From Klebsormidium nitens (lineage: Eukaryota > Plantae > Klebsormidiophyceae), in the NCBI GenBank assembly GCA_000708835.1, contig DF236967.1, positions 310,001-374,000 of the forward strand: 64,000 nucleotides of DNA. The letters are read 5' to 3'. Position 1 is the stretch's first letter; the number at the start of each line of letters is the position of its first letter. Below are positions 23,701-35,851 of this stretch, one piece after another. Under the pieces are notes generated by a model. It was not told the origin of the DNA. It searched no databases and saw only the letters and a program-made list of their open reading frames with translations. The position numbers and the translations under genes were made by a program.

Positions 23701-26700
23701 TTCCGCTCGCGTTCCGCTTCTTCCGTTTCGAGGGAGGACGGAACCGGAACGGGGCCGGAAAGGGCGGCCTTGGCGATGGCAGTCGCCTGGAGGTCGTCGG
23801 CTAGGTAGAGCTCGAGGAGGGTGTTGTTGATGGGGACCTCGGACGGAGAGCCCTGCACCCGAAAATCCTTGTTCGGAGACTTTAAGGCTTCAATAGTCCG
23901 CATGAGAACTCTGCGCTGCCGTCGACAATTTATAGTCTGACAAGGAAGCCATAGGCGTCGTGCTCGGACTCGCTTGAGAGAGTGTGAGTAACGCTTCCAA
24001 AGGTTGGATAATTCTTTACCGTTGGCTCAGAAAGAGTGGGCGCTGTAAAGAACTCGACGAGCGCTGATACAAGTAATTAACTTTAACAAGGAAACGAGCA
24101 GGAGAGCCGTGGGCCTCTCGAATAGAAGCAGACACGACAATCTACGTTACTCCGGACCGGAAAGCTAGAACAGCATCCAAGTTTCAACTGATGTACTTTT
24201 GACGCTGCAGACATAAGAATTCGCAGCCGGAAACTTCTGTTGCTCCCCTCACCTTGACCTGCTCGCTGTACTGTTCGAAGAAGCGCAGCAACCAGCGCGG
24301 ACGGTCAACAAACACGTGTACAAAGTCCATTGGCGACGGCAGAATGGGCTCCATCTCTTCCTCCGCGCCCCGTATGATCCCCCGGGCACTCGGCTTCGAC
24401 GTCGAAGCCTCAGAAGGAGCAGTCCCCCGGGTGCTTGACTTCGACGTCGAAGCCTCGGGAGAAGCCGTCGGGGGATCCCCCCGAGCTGTTGCTGAGGAGA
24501 CTCCGTTGGGAGCGGGTGGTCGATTGGATGTGTCCCGAGCAGGGGCCAGGCCTTGGGTGCAGAGCTTAAGAAGGATGGCGGTGGTTTCTCCTGGGCGGTG
24601 CGTGACCAGGATCTTGCCGTACTGCTTCAGAGTGACCGCCGCCTAGTTGTAAGATAGGGACATCTGTGTCAGTAGTTCGGGTAGGACATCAGATCCATCT
24701 CTGTCAACCCTAAAGTCAGGGTTGGTTGTCAAGAGCTGATTTCCAAATGGATTTCCGCTTCACGAAGTAGTCTGGTAGAAAGGGAGAGAAGGCAGCTCAG
24801 AGAAGATACTAGGTCGAAAGATTGCGATTGAAGGTTGCCCACAAGTTTTAAGGTCAGCCACTCTTTGTCTGAGGGAACGTCCTCGAATCAAGTATCAGGG
24901 AATGACGACTGCGCCAACGGAAGAAAACTGCCGGTATTTCAAGCAACCATCCCTTGAGACAAGCCAAAAGTGAATCTACGAAGCTCCTCATCCACAGCTT
25001 TCAAGCGTCGTTATCGTTTCTCACCACAACCGAAAAAACAATTCTAGACCAACCCTCGTGACACCATCGACTCAAACGTCAGCCCACCTGATCTCTCACT
25101 ACTAACAAATCCGGTCAGTTCACAAGATCGCCCGTATGTACTCTTAACCCACCTCAAACGTAGCAAGCGCCCCAACGTACTTCAGCGCCTCCTCGTATCG
25201 CCCCAGATCCTCCAGCAGAATCTTGAGGTACCATTCGTGCTCCCCAGCTCGCTTGGCAACCCACAGCGCGTGCTCGTAGTAGCCTGCCGCGCGGCACACC
25301 CGCACGGCGGTTTCGACGTCGAAACGGTGGTCGCCCTCCGCCTTAATGAACTCGTCCAGCTTCGCCACGTCCTGGGGGCGACCAAGTACGAAATTCAGCC
25401 GCGATTAAAATGAGATTAACAGAGGTTAAGAGGGGTTACCAGGAGCGCCAGTAAAAGAGCCACGCAACTCCCAGAGGTGGCGCCTGGGGGCGTTATGTAT
25501 CAATTATGCGGGACTTCGTAAAAGCCGCAACGGACAAGCACTGAAAGAGATTTTGCGGAAGGGGGCGTCTGAAACGCAGGGCTGCCATCGGATGGAGCTT
25601 AAAGACCAGAGCACAAGTTTGTTTGTCCGCAAGCACAACTCGCATAAAAGTGCCATTATCCACAGCGGTTCGTTTCAACCGAACTCATGGCCCGGGTCAG
25701 CATCAATCGAGCCCCGCTCTTTCGTAGCTAAACGCATCAGTCGTTCCGACGTGTCGAGGCGGGACAGTGATACCACCTACTTCCCCCGCACTTCTTTCGA
25801 ACGTCCGAAACGAGATTAAAACCCAGAGCAACACCCGGACGTCCGGGCCGCACTCTTTTCGAACGTCCGAAACGAGATCAAAAACCAGAGCAACACCCGG
25901 ACGTCCGGCCGTCCGCACCTTGAGCTTGGTGTAGCAGTTGAGGAGCAGCGTGGTGTGGTCCGCGGTGGCCCGCCCCTGCTCGTGCAGCTTCTCCAAATAG
26001 TGCGTCAGGTTGTGGATGCGCTGCGCGTCCAGGAACTTTTGGATCACGTACGACGGCTCCAGCTGCCCGATCGTGCGGATGTACTGCGCCATCGCCTCGT
26101 CGTAGTCCTGCGGGAAAAGGAAGGGTTAGCGAGTGAGGGTTTGTTTTCTTCGCCTTATGTTTTCCCCCTCCAGGAGTATTGCGGCAGTAAGCGGCGGGAA
26201 TGGCAGCGTTTCTGCGGGCTGTCAATCGACACGAAAGGGAGTCGAGGGAAGCCCACGTATGGGCTTCGACCGGTAAAATCGAGAAGATTCTTTCGTGATG
26301 ACAAAAGACACGACGAAGGAAACATTGAAACGGCGGTTCGACCTCGAGCTTTTGCCAAAGAAGGGCTCGACACGGCTTTCCGCTCAAAAGCGGGCAAGCT
26401 GTTTTGTCCTCATCCATCGGACAATTTCTCCAGATTTTGTCGCAACCAGGTGAGGAACTTTCGATGAACAAGGACCCACAACAACATTCGAGCAAGCTTT
26501 CTGACCTGCTTCCCGTACAGGTGGTCCCCGTACTTGCGCATGACGTCAGCGGTGCTGGCGGCGTCGGCCTGCTGGCCCTGGATGAGGTTGATGGCGATGG
26601 TGTACAAATTTTTGCGGAACAGCATCTCCAGCTTGCTGCCCATGTCCTTCTCCGCCAAACACAGCGCCTGCGCAGCCGGGGGGAAGGAATCAGCAGTAAA

Positions 26701-28829
26701 ACATATCCCCGCCGGGTGTATCTCTGTTTTGGATAGTGTCTAGGAAAGAAACCTTTGCACGACAGAGAGGAAGAGAGTCCAACGGGTTATGCTTAACGGC
26801 TCGGATTGTGACACGTTCTAGGAAACGAAAACCCCCCCGCGCGCGAAGTCGAAGGGAAAATACTTCTCCCTCCGAGGCTTATGAACAGCCTCGGAGTTTC
26901 TGTATCTACAAGAAAGCCGAGGCCTCCATGTTGGACCATTCGTGCCGAAAAGCTCACCTTGTGATCGTCTGTCAGGATCGTGATCATCCCCCCCCCCGAC
27001 AGCACGTGCTGCACCCCCCCCACTGTCGCATTGTACGCTATCAGCTTGTTTTTCAGATCATACACCGTGACCACATTTTTCAGGGGGTTGCGCGGCTCTG
27101 CCGTCACGCACAGCAGGTACCCCCTGAACCAGGACAGGAAGCGCTTCTCCCCCTCGAACGCCCAGCAGGGCCCCCGCCCGTCCGCCTCGTAAAAGTAGAC
27201 GGCTTCCGGACGTCCGAGAACGGGCTCGTTGGCGTCGGACATGGTGAGGCAGTGGGGCTGGCAACCGTGGGCGTCTAGTTGGCGCCTGCAGGGAGACATG
27301 GAATGCATCAAATGAGAGCGGTTCAGAGGACTGGTCCCCTCTGGCGACGAGTTGCCCCAAACCACTCTCAAACAGTCGCCAAAATCCAACATGGGTTGGG
27401 AAACGCAGAGCTCCAGAGTAAATGTCTGTCGTATGTTTGTTGCTGCAAAGGCACGTGAGGTAGACGCCCTCCAAAAAAGAGGGCGTGGATTCTGAGGGCC
27501 TCCTCAATTGGGCGACGGTCTTTGACCTGAAGAATTTAGAAAGGTGTGCGCGTCCTACCCGCGTTCCTGACAAGAGGGCAACACGTCGCGCCGAATGGCT
27601 CAGACTTCCTGACAACATTTGCCCCTTTTTGATTTGCTATTAAGAAGGGAAACGCCCACAGTGTTACTGATGTTTATGAAGATTCCAACCTGCGGCCTCA
27701 GTCTACGCCTCATTTAATACGCTGGCTTGATCCCGATGGAGCACGGACTGTACATAGATATCCGCAGCTAAATCATATTGATCAAATGCTTTCTGAAAAG
27801 CGAACCACAGGATGCGCAAGCGTCACCCAAACTGGTAATACGAGATACACTTCATCAATGGTAGATCAGGTTCCCACCTCTGCGGCGCACTCTGCGCCAG
27901 GTTGAATGACACAAACACGTCCAGGGTGGCCGCAAACAGGTACAACGTACCCCCCTGAGACGCGGCCGTAAGGCCGGTCACTCGAGAGGGGGGCCAGTCA
28001 TCCTCCCCTGGGTCCACAACCAGGCGTGTCCGGACGATGCGGTCCCGTCCAAAGTCACCGTGAAGCAGGTACACCTGTCCGTTGTTCAGGCCAATGATGG
28101 CCCACAGGCTGGGGGGGGCTTCCTCCAGAACAAGGAAGGATGCGATCTGCAGGGGGAGTGCTTCGAATCTCATGGGTTGTCAACAACTGGCGGGCTGAAG
28201 TCTCTTCGGAAGCGCCTGATAAGCAGGTCATGAATCATTTTTAAAGCCTCTGGAGCCGTTGAATAGAGCAATTGCTCAGCACTGTTCCGGAGCCAACTGG
28301 TGGGTTCTTCACGAGCACCTGGATGCCACCACTCATCGCATCAAAAGGAGCCTATGGGATTCCAGATCCAAGAAAGCTTCAATTGATGGGCAGACTGGCT
28401 GGCCTGTAACAATTGTGTCCTCACCTCCGCCTCTGGAAACTTGGACGTAAACACTTTGATTGTCTTCAGACACGGCGGCCCCCCTCCTGCTCCCCCCCCC
28501 TCCCCCGCCAGCTTGTCCATGTCCCAAAGCTTCACGACACTGACCCCCACTTTTCCTGCGGGGGGGGGCTCGTCCTCCCCCACAGTCACCAGCATATTCC
28601 GCTGCTTCAGCTGTTGCATCTGTGAAACGGTGTGACCATGAGCAGGAAAATTAGCCACCACTTTCAGGGACCGGTCCGTCACGACCACCGTCCCATCGGC
28701 CCCCCCAAAGAAGAGGTAGCTCCGATCGCAGCTGCTGCAGCGGAGGGGCTTTTGCAGTTCGGCTGGGAGGTCGCCCTGAGGGGTGCCGTCGTTGAAGAAC
28801 TGGAACTTGCGCCATTGGTAGTGCGCCAT
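20712..28829 (-). CDS. VPS11: Vacuolar protein sorting 11 (CORVET/HOPS core; beta-propeller, CHCR, RING)
   Basis: N-terminus MAHYQWRKFQFF..KQRNMLVTVGEDE..IKVFTSKFPEAE; FYEADGRGPCWAFEGEKRFLSWFRGYLL; KLEMLFRKNLYTIAINL; QYIRTIGQLEPSYVIQKFLDAQRIHNLTHYLEKLH; RING CTACTSALDLPAIHFLCMHSFHQRCLGENEKECPVC; C-terminus DHDRFFQLVQNSDDGFSVIAEYFGRGIL; TGA at 20712-20714. Confidence 0.96.
21857..22049. repeat. 104-nt-period tandem duplication copying the 3' splice site of the VPS11 RING exon
   Basis: GGCCGTCTCCTCCTGCGAAA..GAGACACGTGTCT..TGGCCAGGC.GGAAGTCG occurs at 21857 and at 21961. Confidence 0.85.
25786..25918. repeat. 62-nt tandem duplication at the 5' end of a VPS11 intron
   Basis: TTCGAACGTCCGAAACGAGAT.AAAA.CCAGAGCAACACCCGGACGTCCGG occurs twice, starting at 25796 and 25858. 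Confidence 0.85.
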
Positions 28830-29733
28830 CTGAGCTGGCACAGACTTTGTCAGTGCAAGCTTTGCTTTAAAATCTGGAATGCATTGCAGAAAGGCCGCTG
28901 GCGTGTAACCCACTCCTGCCTGAGGACGCACGCGCCTCCGCCTGTGACTACAGCCAATTTGTCAAGAAGCATGAATCGCTTGTTGACTAGGTATGTTCCT
29001 CCTCTTCTGGCTGCCAGTTCTTAGATGATCCAGCTAGTGCAGCAGCATCAGGGCGGCCAACGCTCTTTGTGGCTCTTTGTGCGAGCCCCATTGATTCAAT
29101 GAACTGCAGGCTGCATGAAGACGGCTAGACTTAGAAAATCCGAAAATGCAAGGGCCATCTGACTTCACCGGGCACTTTGTAACGGGAGGCGCGGGAAACG
29201 GGAGACAGAACCGTCGATACTTGCGCCGTCAAATGACACGAATCTCCCCCCTCAAGGTTCTTAAACCGGCACCCGTCGGTATACCTTCATCCTCCCGGTT
29301 GATGTACACTAGAAAGGTTTCTCACTGTAAAATCCGGGCCTGTCAACAGAGAGTACCTGGTCCTAACGAAGCTATGGACCACTGCAGCATGCATGCTGGC
29401 GCAAGCAAAGAAGAAGCGACCTTTCAAGAGATATTGAAGGACATTCCGAGCTGGCAGCTGCTCAAGCGTCAACATGAAACATGGCCCAAAAATCCTGAAC
29501 TCCGCTCGCATCTTTGTTGGCGATCTGGAGTTATTCATGGTCAACAACTTGAGCGCGCTAGCTGTGTTTCGAAAGCTGTAGCAGGAGAGGCGAGAACTTT
29601 TCAAACCTAAAAGGGACACTGTATTTCACAAGATTGTGCATGGGCTTGAATGCAACAGGAGTGAAGCAGTGAAATCTCCCTTTTAGTACGCCTGGGCTGA
29701 AAAGCTGAGAAGGTTGGAGAAGGTTTTCAAGGT

Positions 29734-30668
29734 ATGGAAGGAGTCAGTCAACCGATTCTGCATGAGAAGCAGAAGCTGCAGTTGTGCCTGAAGCACACAC
29801 TGAACAACCTCTTGCAGGTAAGCTGTCTGAGCAGGTAGTCAACGCATCGCTGGCTTTGCTCCCCCCTAAAGAAGATGCTCTGTTATCAAAGGGTTAGACA
29901 AAGGTGATATGGGTGAATAGACGTAGCTGAGAGCCCTTCGACTTTTTGTACTCCAGCTCGTTTGGCCCTTTCACTGGCTGACTGTTATAGTCTCAAGCAC
30001 TTCTGTTCGCCCAACTAAAGTTGAGATGACCAGTCAGAAAGTATCCCCAGAATCAAAGTGCCGATTGGGGGCTCCTGCAAAGCTTGTAAACTTGAACCAT
30101 GCTTAGCACTTGAAGCAAAAAGGCTGTATGGTTCCCGCAGGGGGAGCACACCTTCACGCAGCAGGAGCTTAACAATCTCGCGGACTCCTTGGATGATCCC
30201 CTCGCTAAGCAAAGCGGGCCAAAGGCATCAGCCTGGTGGCCCTTCCACGCACATCACAATTCATTCATGGGAAACTATGATGTCAACGTGCTTATGGCTG
30301 CTCTGGCAGCTGTAGGAAAGGAAGTGACTTGGCTAGACAAGCGGAAGGGTGTGGAAGGTTTCAATTTCGAGACGGGGGAGCTAGACAAACCTGCAGTCAT
30401 AGAAGAGTCCGATAGTGGTAGGAAAGACCTTGTGGGGTTCATCTTGAATGTGAAAAGGAAGTGGGCGGGCCTGATACCCGGCAGACACTGGATTGCCCTG
30501 AGGAAGATTGAGGGCCGTTGGTACAACCTGGACAGTGATCTGAGAAGACCATCTGAAATTGATGGAGGAGAAGAAGGGCTGCGACTGTTCCTGCAGGAAT
30601 GTTTGTCCAAACAAGGATCAGAACTGCTTATAGTGTCGGAAACAAGGCATGATGGAATTCGAAGTTAA
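29734..30668 (+). CDS. Josephin-domain (MJD family) deubiquitinase, JOSL/JOSD-like; 2 exons
   Basis: Exon 29734-29817 reads MEGVSQPILHEKQKLQLCLKHTLNNLLQ (catalytic Cys). Exon 30141-30668 contains GNYDVNVLMAAL, GRHWIALRKIEGRWYNLDSDL (His, Asp). Joined length 612 nt = 203 aa plus stop. Confidence 0.93.
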
Positions 30669-32720
30669 GTGTACGTTCTAAAATTAGCCTGTGATCTCGC
30701 CCGGCATGTACTTGCAGTGTGGTCAGCGTGGCGGGCTCGCGCACAGCTAACGAAGGCGAGTCACTGGGAGTAATGGTAGGATATACGACCATGTGGCATT
30801 TCATTAATTGTTGCGTTTGATAAGATCATTGTCTATGAAGGAGTACCGCATGCCCCTACTTCATATGCTTAAGCAGCTCGGGCCGACATGGAACATTCTG
30901 CAACTATAGCTTCTCATATATCCGACATAAAACGTTCGAAAATTCGTTCTTGCCTGGGCCCCCAGATCATTGAGTGATTAAGCATTGGCGATAGCATGCT
31001 GGCCCGGGCCGCCAACAATGCAGAATGTCTGTTTAAGCGGCGGCATATGTAAGCGTGCTTGATGAGACTGCCTATCCAGAGCTCGTACATTGAAGATGTC
31101 AAAGCTACTCTAACGTCATCAATCGCATCCATCAGAAACATATTTGAGACCGTCAATACCTGCTCAATACCGCGGTTTAGAGCGTGCTTTTGGAATCTCA
31201 GAGCAGTATGTTTAAAATTCTTTGCAGTAATCTTTCAGGGCCAGCTCGTCCTTACGGCACACTATTGGTTTCTGATAGTCTACAGATTGCCGACCTCCGA
31301 AAATACATACATGTCGGTCAATCTTGAACGCCATCCCGCGGTCTGCACGTGGAAAAGAAGCGTTGGTTATGACAATGGTCTGGCCAGTTGTCCTCCAGTA
31401 AGTCCCAGGAGGATCGAGGATCCAACTCCCCTACTGTAAAGCGAAACGAGCTCGTGCTTCACCAAGACTGGAAGGAAAGGAAAGCAATGCAGGCTTTTGT
31501 CGTCGATTGGAGCGCACGTGATCCGGAGAACCATGACAAAAGGTTCCGACTGACGCTTGAACACAGGCTGGTAAAGTGCTTTTATGGCCGAACTTAGGCA
31601 CGTAAATCCGGTAAGATTCAGAGTAGCCAATGGCATCAACGCTTCTTATCAGAGCTACCTTCAGGTACATCGGGGCACTAATCCGCACACTTCCGAACTA
31701 CGAGACCAATGTCATTTACCAAAGGAGGTCGAAGACGTCCTAGGTACACCGCACCGCGCCTTGTTTTCTTCTGATGAAACAAAGCGCCGCGAAATTACTG
31801 GGAAGAAAGACGGGGCCTTACAATGAATGGCAGCCCAGCTGGTTCTAATGGTCAGCCGCTGCCCCCCCTCCATTTCTCGCCCGCACCGAAGCCCCTCACA
31901 GCGTGCAGCATCAGCTTTTTCCCGGCAGAAGCTTTCTGCCAATCCGCCCTCCAGCTCGCCGGCCCGGGGGGGCGGCTCTCCGCTTTAGTGGGCCCCCCCT
32001 TTTCGGCGACGGATCCCCCTACTGACGCACCTGCTGCCCCGACCCCCAGGTCGGACCCGCTGTGTAACGACCCCCCCTCTCCGGAAAAGGCCTCTCCTAT
32101 CACTCGCCGTATTTCTTCCGGAGGCGGGCCGTGCAGAACGATTAGCCCCGGGGGGGCTACCCGACCAGATGTTTCGGCAGTCGCCCGGCCGTGGGGCTCC
32201 ACGGAGCTGACACGTGGCATGGGGAGCGCGAGAACGGCCCACGTGTGCGCTTTGCCCTCGTGCCGCGGGCGCCGAGGACCTCCTAGAGATGGAGAGACAA
32301 GTTTTTGGCGACTGCCCACGTCAATACCTCCAGGATCTGCGTGCTGTCATCGCGGCATGTTTCAGGATTGGCAAAACGCTGGACAGCAGCCTTGCGGGAA
32401 GCCCATTGTAAAGCAAGAGTCCAGTGTGCTGGCAAGAGTGCGGGGAGTAAGAAGGGAACTGACACTTACAAAGCCTGTTCGTAGCGGCAAAAGGCCTGAG
32501 CCAATGCGTGTTGTTCGTCTGTTGGTTCCGAAAATTGTTCTCCTTGACAGTTGCAATCTGTCGAAAGCTGCCTGTCTTTACTTCAGAGGCAACTCGACAG
32601 GATGTTTGACAAAGGAATGCTGGGTATTGAAAAGTGGTCTGACGTTGGGTACGAGAACTTATATTTTTTCTCGTCCCCGTCCCTTTTCTGAAGGCATCTT
32701 CTAGTTTACAATCCACCTCA

Positions 32721-35700
32721 CCTTGCTTCAATTCCGGCAAGAGAGCCGCTCCGTTTCCCGTTTCCTCGATCCGCTGGTCCTCCCTACTTCCGTCGTCCGC
32801 TTCCTCCGATCCCTCCTTCGTTCGCCCCAGCCCCTTTTCGTTTCCGTCCTCCAGCGTTCCGTCGTTTGCTTCTTCCGCTCCCTGTTTCTTCCGCCCCAAC
32901 CTACTGCCAAGTTTTTTCCCCAGCTTTCCGTCCCCTGCCTCTTCCGCTCCCTGTGCCGTTCGCCCCACCCCGTTTCCGCTTCCGTTCCCCAGCGTTCCGT
33001 CCTTCGCTTCTTCCGCTCCCTCTTTCTCCCGCCCCACCGCGGTTCCGCTTCCCTTTTCCGGCGATCCGACCACTTTTGCCCGTCTCTTGGCCAGCTGCTG
33101 CTGCATCCAATCCGAATGAAGCTCACACAACTCCTCCCCTTCTTCCGCTTCGTTCCCGCACGGCACAAGCTCACCCTTTACGATCCTTTCCCGTTGACAA
33201 CGCCTAAACAACGCTGCCCCCTCCTTTGTTTCTCCAGCAGGGGGGTCCACAGGCTCGGCTGGCGTCCCCCCAACAGGGGGACTTGCGCTCGCACCCCCAC
33301 CGGCCTTCCTACCGCCTGTCTCCGTAACACCGCTTTCGCTCACTTCCAAAATGTCCGATCTCATCCTTCCCTGCCGTTCAGCAGCGGTGACGCTATTCGC
33401 ACCTTCCCTGCCCAAGACTTTCCTCTGGCCGGCTTTCCTTTTCAGCGGACCCTTTGCCGCCTGCCCCGCCGATTTCCTCGCCGCGTACCAGCGCTTCCAG
33501 TATAGCCTCTGTATCTCGGCGTGCTTCGCGCATTTCGGCTTCCCCTCCAGGGCTGGTGATTTGCAGTTCGTGCACTTTCGCTCCCCGGTCACCAGCACCA
33601 CTTTCCCTCGCTTCGGTGTCCCCGCGGCTTTCTTCCCAACACCCTTGCTTGCTGCCTTTTCCTGCGTCCCGCCCTGGCCCCCGTCTCTCGCCCCTCTCTG
33701 CCTAGCGCGCCACAACGCGGATTGCCGGTTGTTCGCGTCATTACAATCTCTGCACCGCACCCTGCCTCTTAGAGCCGGCTTGCGACAATCAACGCACCCC
33801 CCTGCACCGCCACCGCTCGATCTGCCCCCCCGGGACACCCGAACGATCTCCCCCTTTTCTCTCTTGCGCCCCTTGCTGCCAGCCGCATTGGCGGATGACG
33901 TCACACCCCCGACCCGTTCCTCTCTGGCGAGCTGCGCCTTCGCTTGCCACCGCCGCTTGTACTCCTCGTACTGGTCGGCATGGTGGCGGCACCGCCTCTC
34001 GCCGGCAACTGCCGCCTCCCGACACTGCCAGGTCCGCTTTCCGTCCCTTACAACGCACCTTCTTTCCACGTCCGCACCGGCCACCCTTTTACCGCTGACG
34101 TCACCCCTTCCTGGCGGTGACGTCAGCAGCGGCGAACCCTTCCCGCCGGCCGCTCCTTTCCTCGCCCGCTTGGCCCTCTGCCCCGCGTACTTGGCCCGCA
34201 CCGCGTCTGCCGCCTTCCGTTTCCCGCTCTCGAGCGCCACCGACATCCCGCCGAGCTTCTTTACTTCGCGCAACGTCTTCGCTGCCACCCGCTTCTCATC
34301 GTCGTTCACCTTTCTTCTCTTTTCCGACCGGTTTGGCTCCCCAGACGCTCGTCTCTTCACCCCCACCGTCGGCGCCGGTCTCGTCGGCTCTTCACCCATA
34401 GTCAGCCTCTTCGCGCCGGGGAGGCAGGCATAGTGTTCCCGACACAGCTTCGACCCCTCCAACCTGGGCCGAATGCACGTCCTCTTGCCATGCGCGTAAT
34501 GCCTACACGTCGGCCTCTCCTCACCCCCTGTTTCCGCCCCTGCCGCTGCCCCCCCCTTTGCGGATTGCCGCCGTTCTTCACGATCCTCGTCTTGTTCCTC
34601 CATCTGCAGGCGCATCCTCCTTTCCTTGTTCCTTTGGGTCCTCGTAACCCAGGCCTTATGGTACGCGCACAGAGCCGATCCGGGTGTAACGTCCCTCTCA
34701 CATTTCTCGCATTTCCTCAATCGCTTGTCCCTTTCAGACCTCGTTACCCCGCCCTTATGCCACTTGCACAGAGTCGACCCGGGCCTAGCGTCCCTCTCAC
34801 ACTTTTCGCACTTCCCTTTGGAGGTGCTCTCCCTTTTCCTCTTATACCCAACCACAGCATCCGTTTCCTTCCGCGCTTTCACCCCCTCTACCTCCCTCGC
34901 TCCTGATCTGGTTTTCACAGCGCCCTTCGCTTCTTCTTTTAGCGACCTCGTTGTCAGTTTCTCCGTTTCAGCCTCCTTGCAAAGCTCCGCCCGCTGGCCG
35001 TGTGATTCACAGAAGTTGCGCCTGTCTCCCACCACAATGTAACACTTCTCTTCCGCACTTGAGGGATCCCCCGGAAGCGAAACCCCACCCGCCTTTGCCC
35101 CCCTTTCGTCAGCTTCTTGCGCAATCTGCCGCCTTCTCGTCCAGGAATTGTGCTTCGCACACAGCCGCAACCCAGGCTCTACTTCGTCCTCACAGCGCTT
35201 GCACTTCGCCAAGGGGGGTTCCGACTCCTCTGCTCCCAGACCAGACTCGTCCCCCTCGCTAGAGTCCTCCTTTTCAGGGGGTAAAGGCCGCCGTTTCGAG
35301 GGCCTCCGACTGGCCCAGCCGCTGTGCTCGTCGCACACCTTCCTCCCCCCTGGAATGGAAACCCCACACCGCTTGCAGGCAGACCGCCCCACGACACCAC
35401 TCTCTTCCTCGGCGCTTTGCCCCTCATCTTCAACGATTCCAGACGACTTTGTGCCTGAGACCCCCGCTCGCTGGAGATCAGCGCTGGTGAGCACTTCTCG
35501 AGTCCCCCTCTCGCCGCTGTCACTCCGCTCATCGGAAGCTCCCTCTTCATCGCTGTCATATGCCTGCAGCAGGCCTAAAGCGCCGGCAAGCTTATCAGGG
35601 GGCGAGGGGCTTGTGAGGGGGTTTCCCGGCTGGGAAGGACGTTGTGATGGGGTGCTGTCTGCGAGGAACTCAGAGGACCGTTCCAGGGGGGTGGCTGGCT

Positions 35701-35851
35701 TGCGGTCCCGAGCGGTGGGCAGGAGAGAGCGATCGTCAGTCATGCGAGACTTCCCTAGGACGAAGCTGGTCAGCGGCCTGCAGAAAATGTCAAAACTGCT
35801 GGGAGTAGTCCAGAAAGGCAATTCCCAAGTATCCTGGTAATCTTGCCGCAA
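32721..35851 (-). CDS. Large exon (about 1000 aa) of an uncharacterised basic, low-complexity protein with about 10 C-x10-C-x2-H zinc modules, two of them WRC-like; full gene limits uncertain (about 31852-37446)
   Basis: Open frame 35851-32321 with a good donor AAGCAAG/GTGAGG at 32721. It contains repeated Cys/His modules, NLS-like KRK clusters and an LGLLQAYDSDEE motif. A phase-compatible next exon reads DCNCQGEQFSEPTDEQHALAQAFCRYEQ (about 32560-32470). Confidence 0.72.
32770..33019 (-). repeat. Coding tandem repeat, 69-nt (23-aa) period, about 3.6 copies
   Basis: Units start at 33019, 32950, 32881 and 32812: GAEEAKDGTLGNGSGNGVGRTAQ / GAEEAGDGKLGKKLGSRLGRKKQ / GAEEANDGTLEDGNEKGLGRTKE / GSEEADDGSRED. 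Confidence 0.85.

Noticed and set aside
33351-34433. 360-aa + strand ORF, and likewise 31823-32704 and 32723-33505
   Set aside because: They lie antisense to the zinc-module exon and repeats, and their composition mirrors the codon bias of the - strand.
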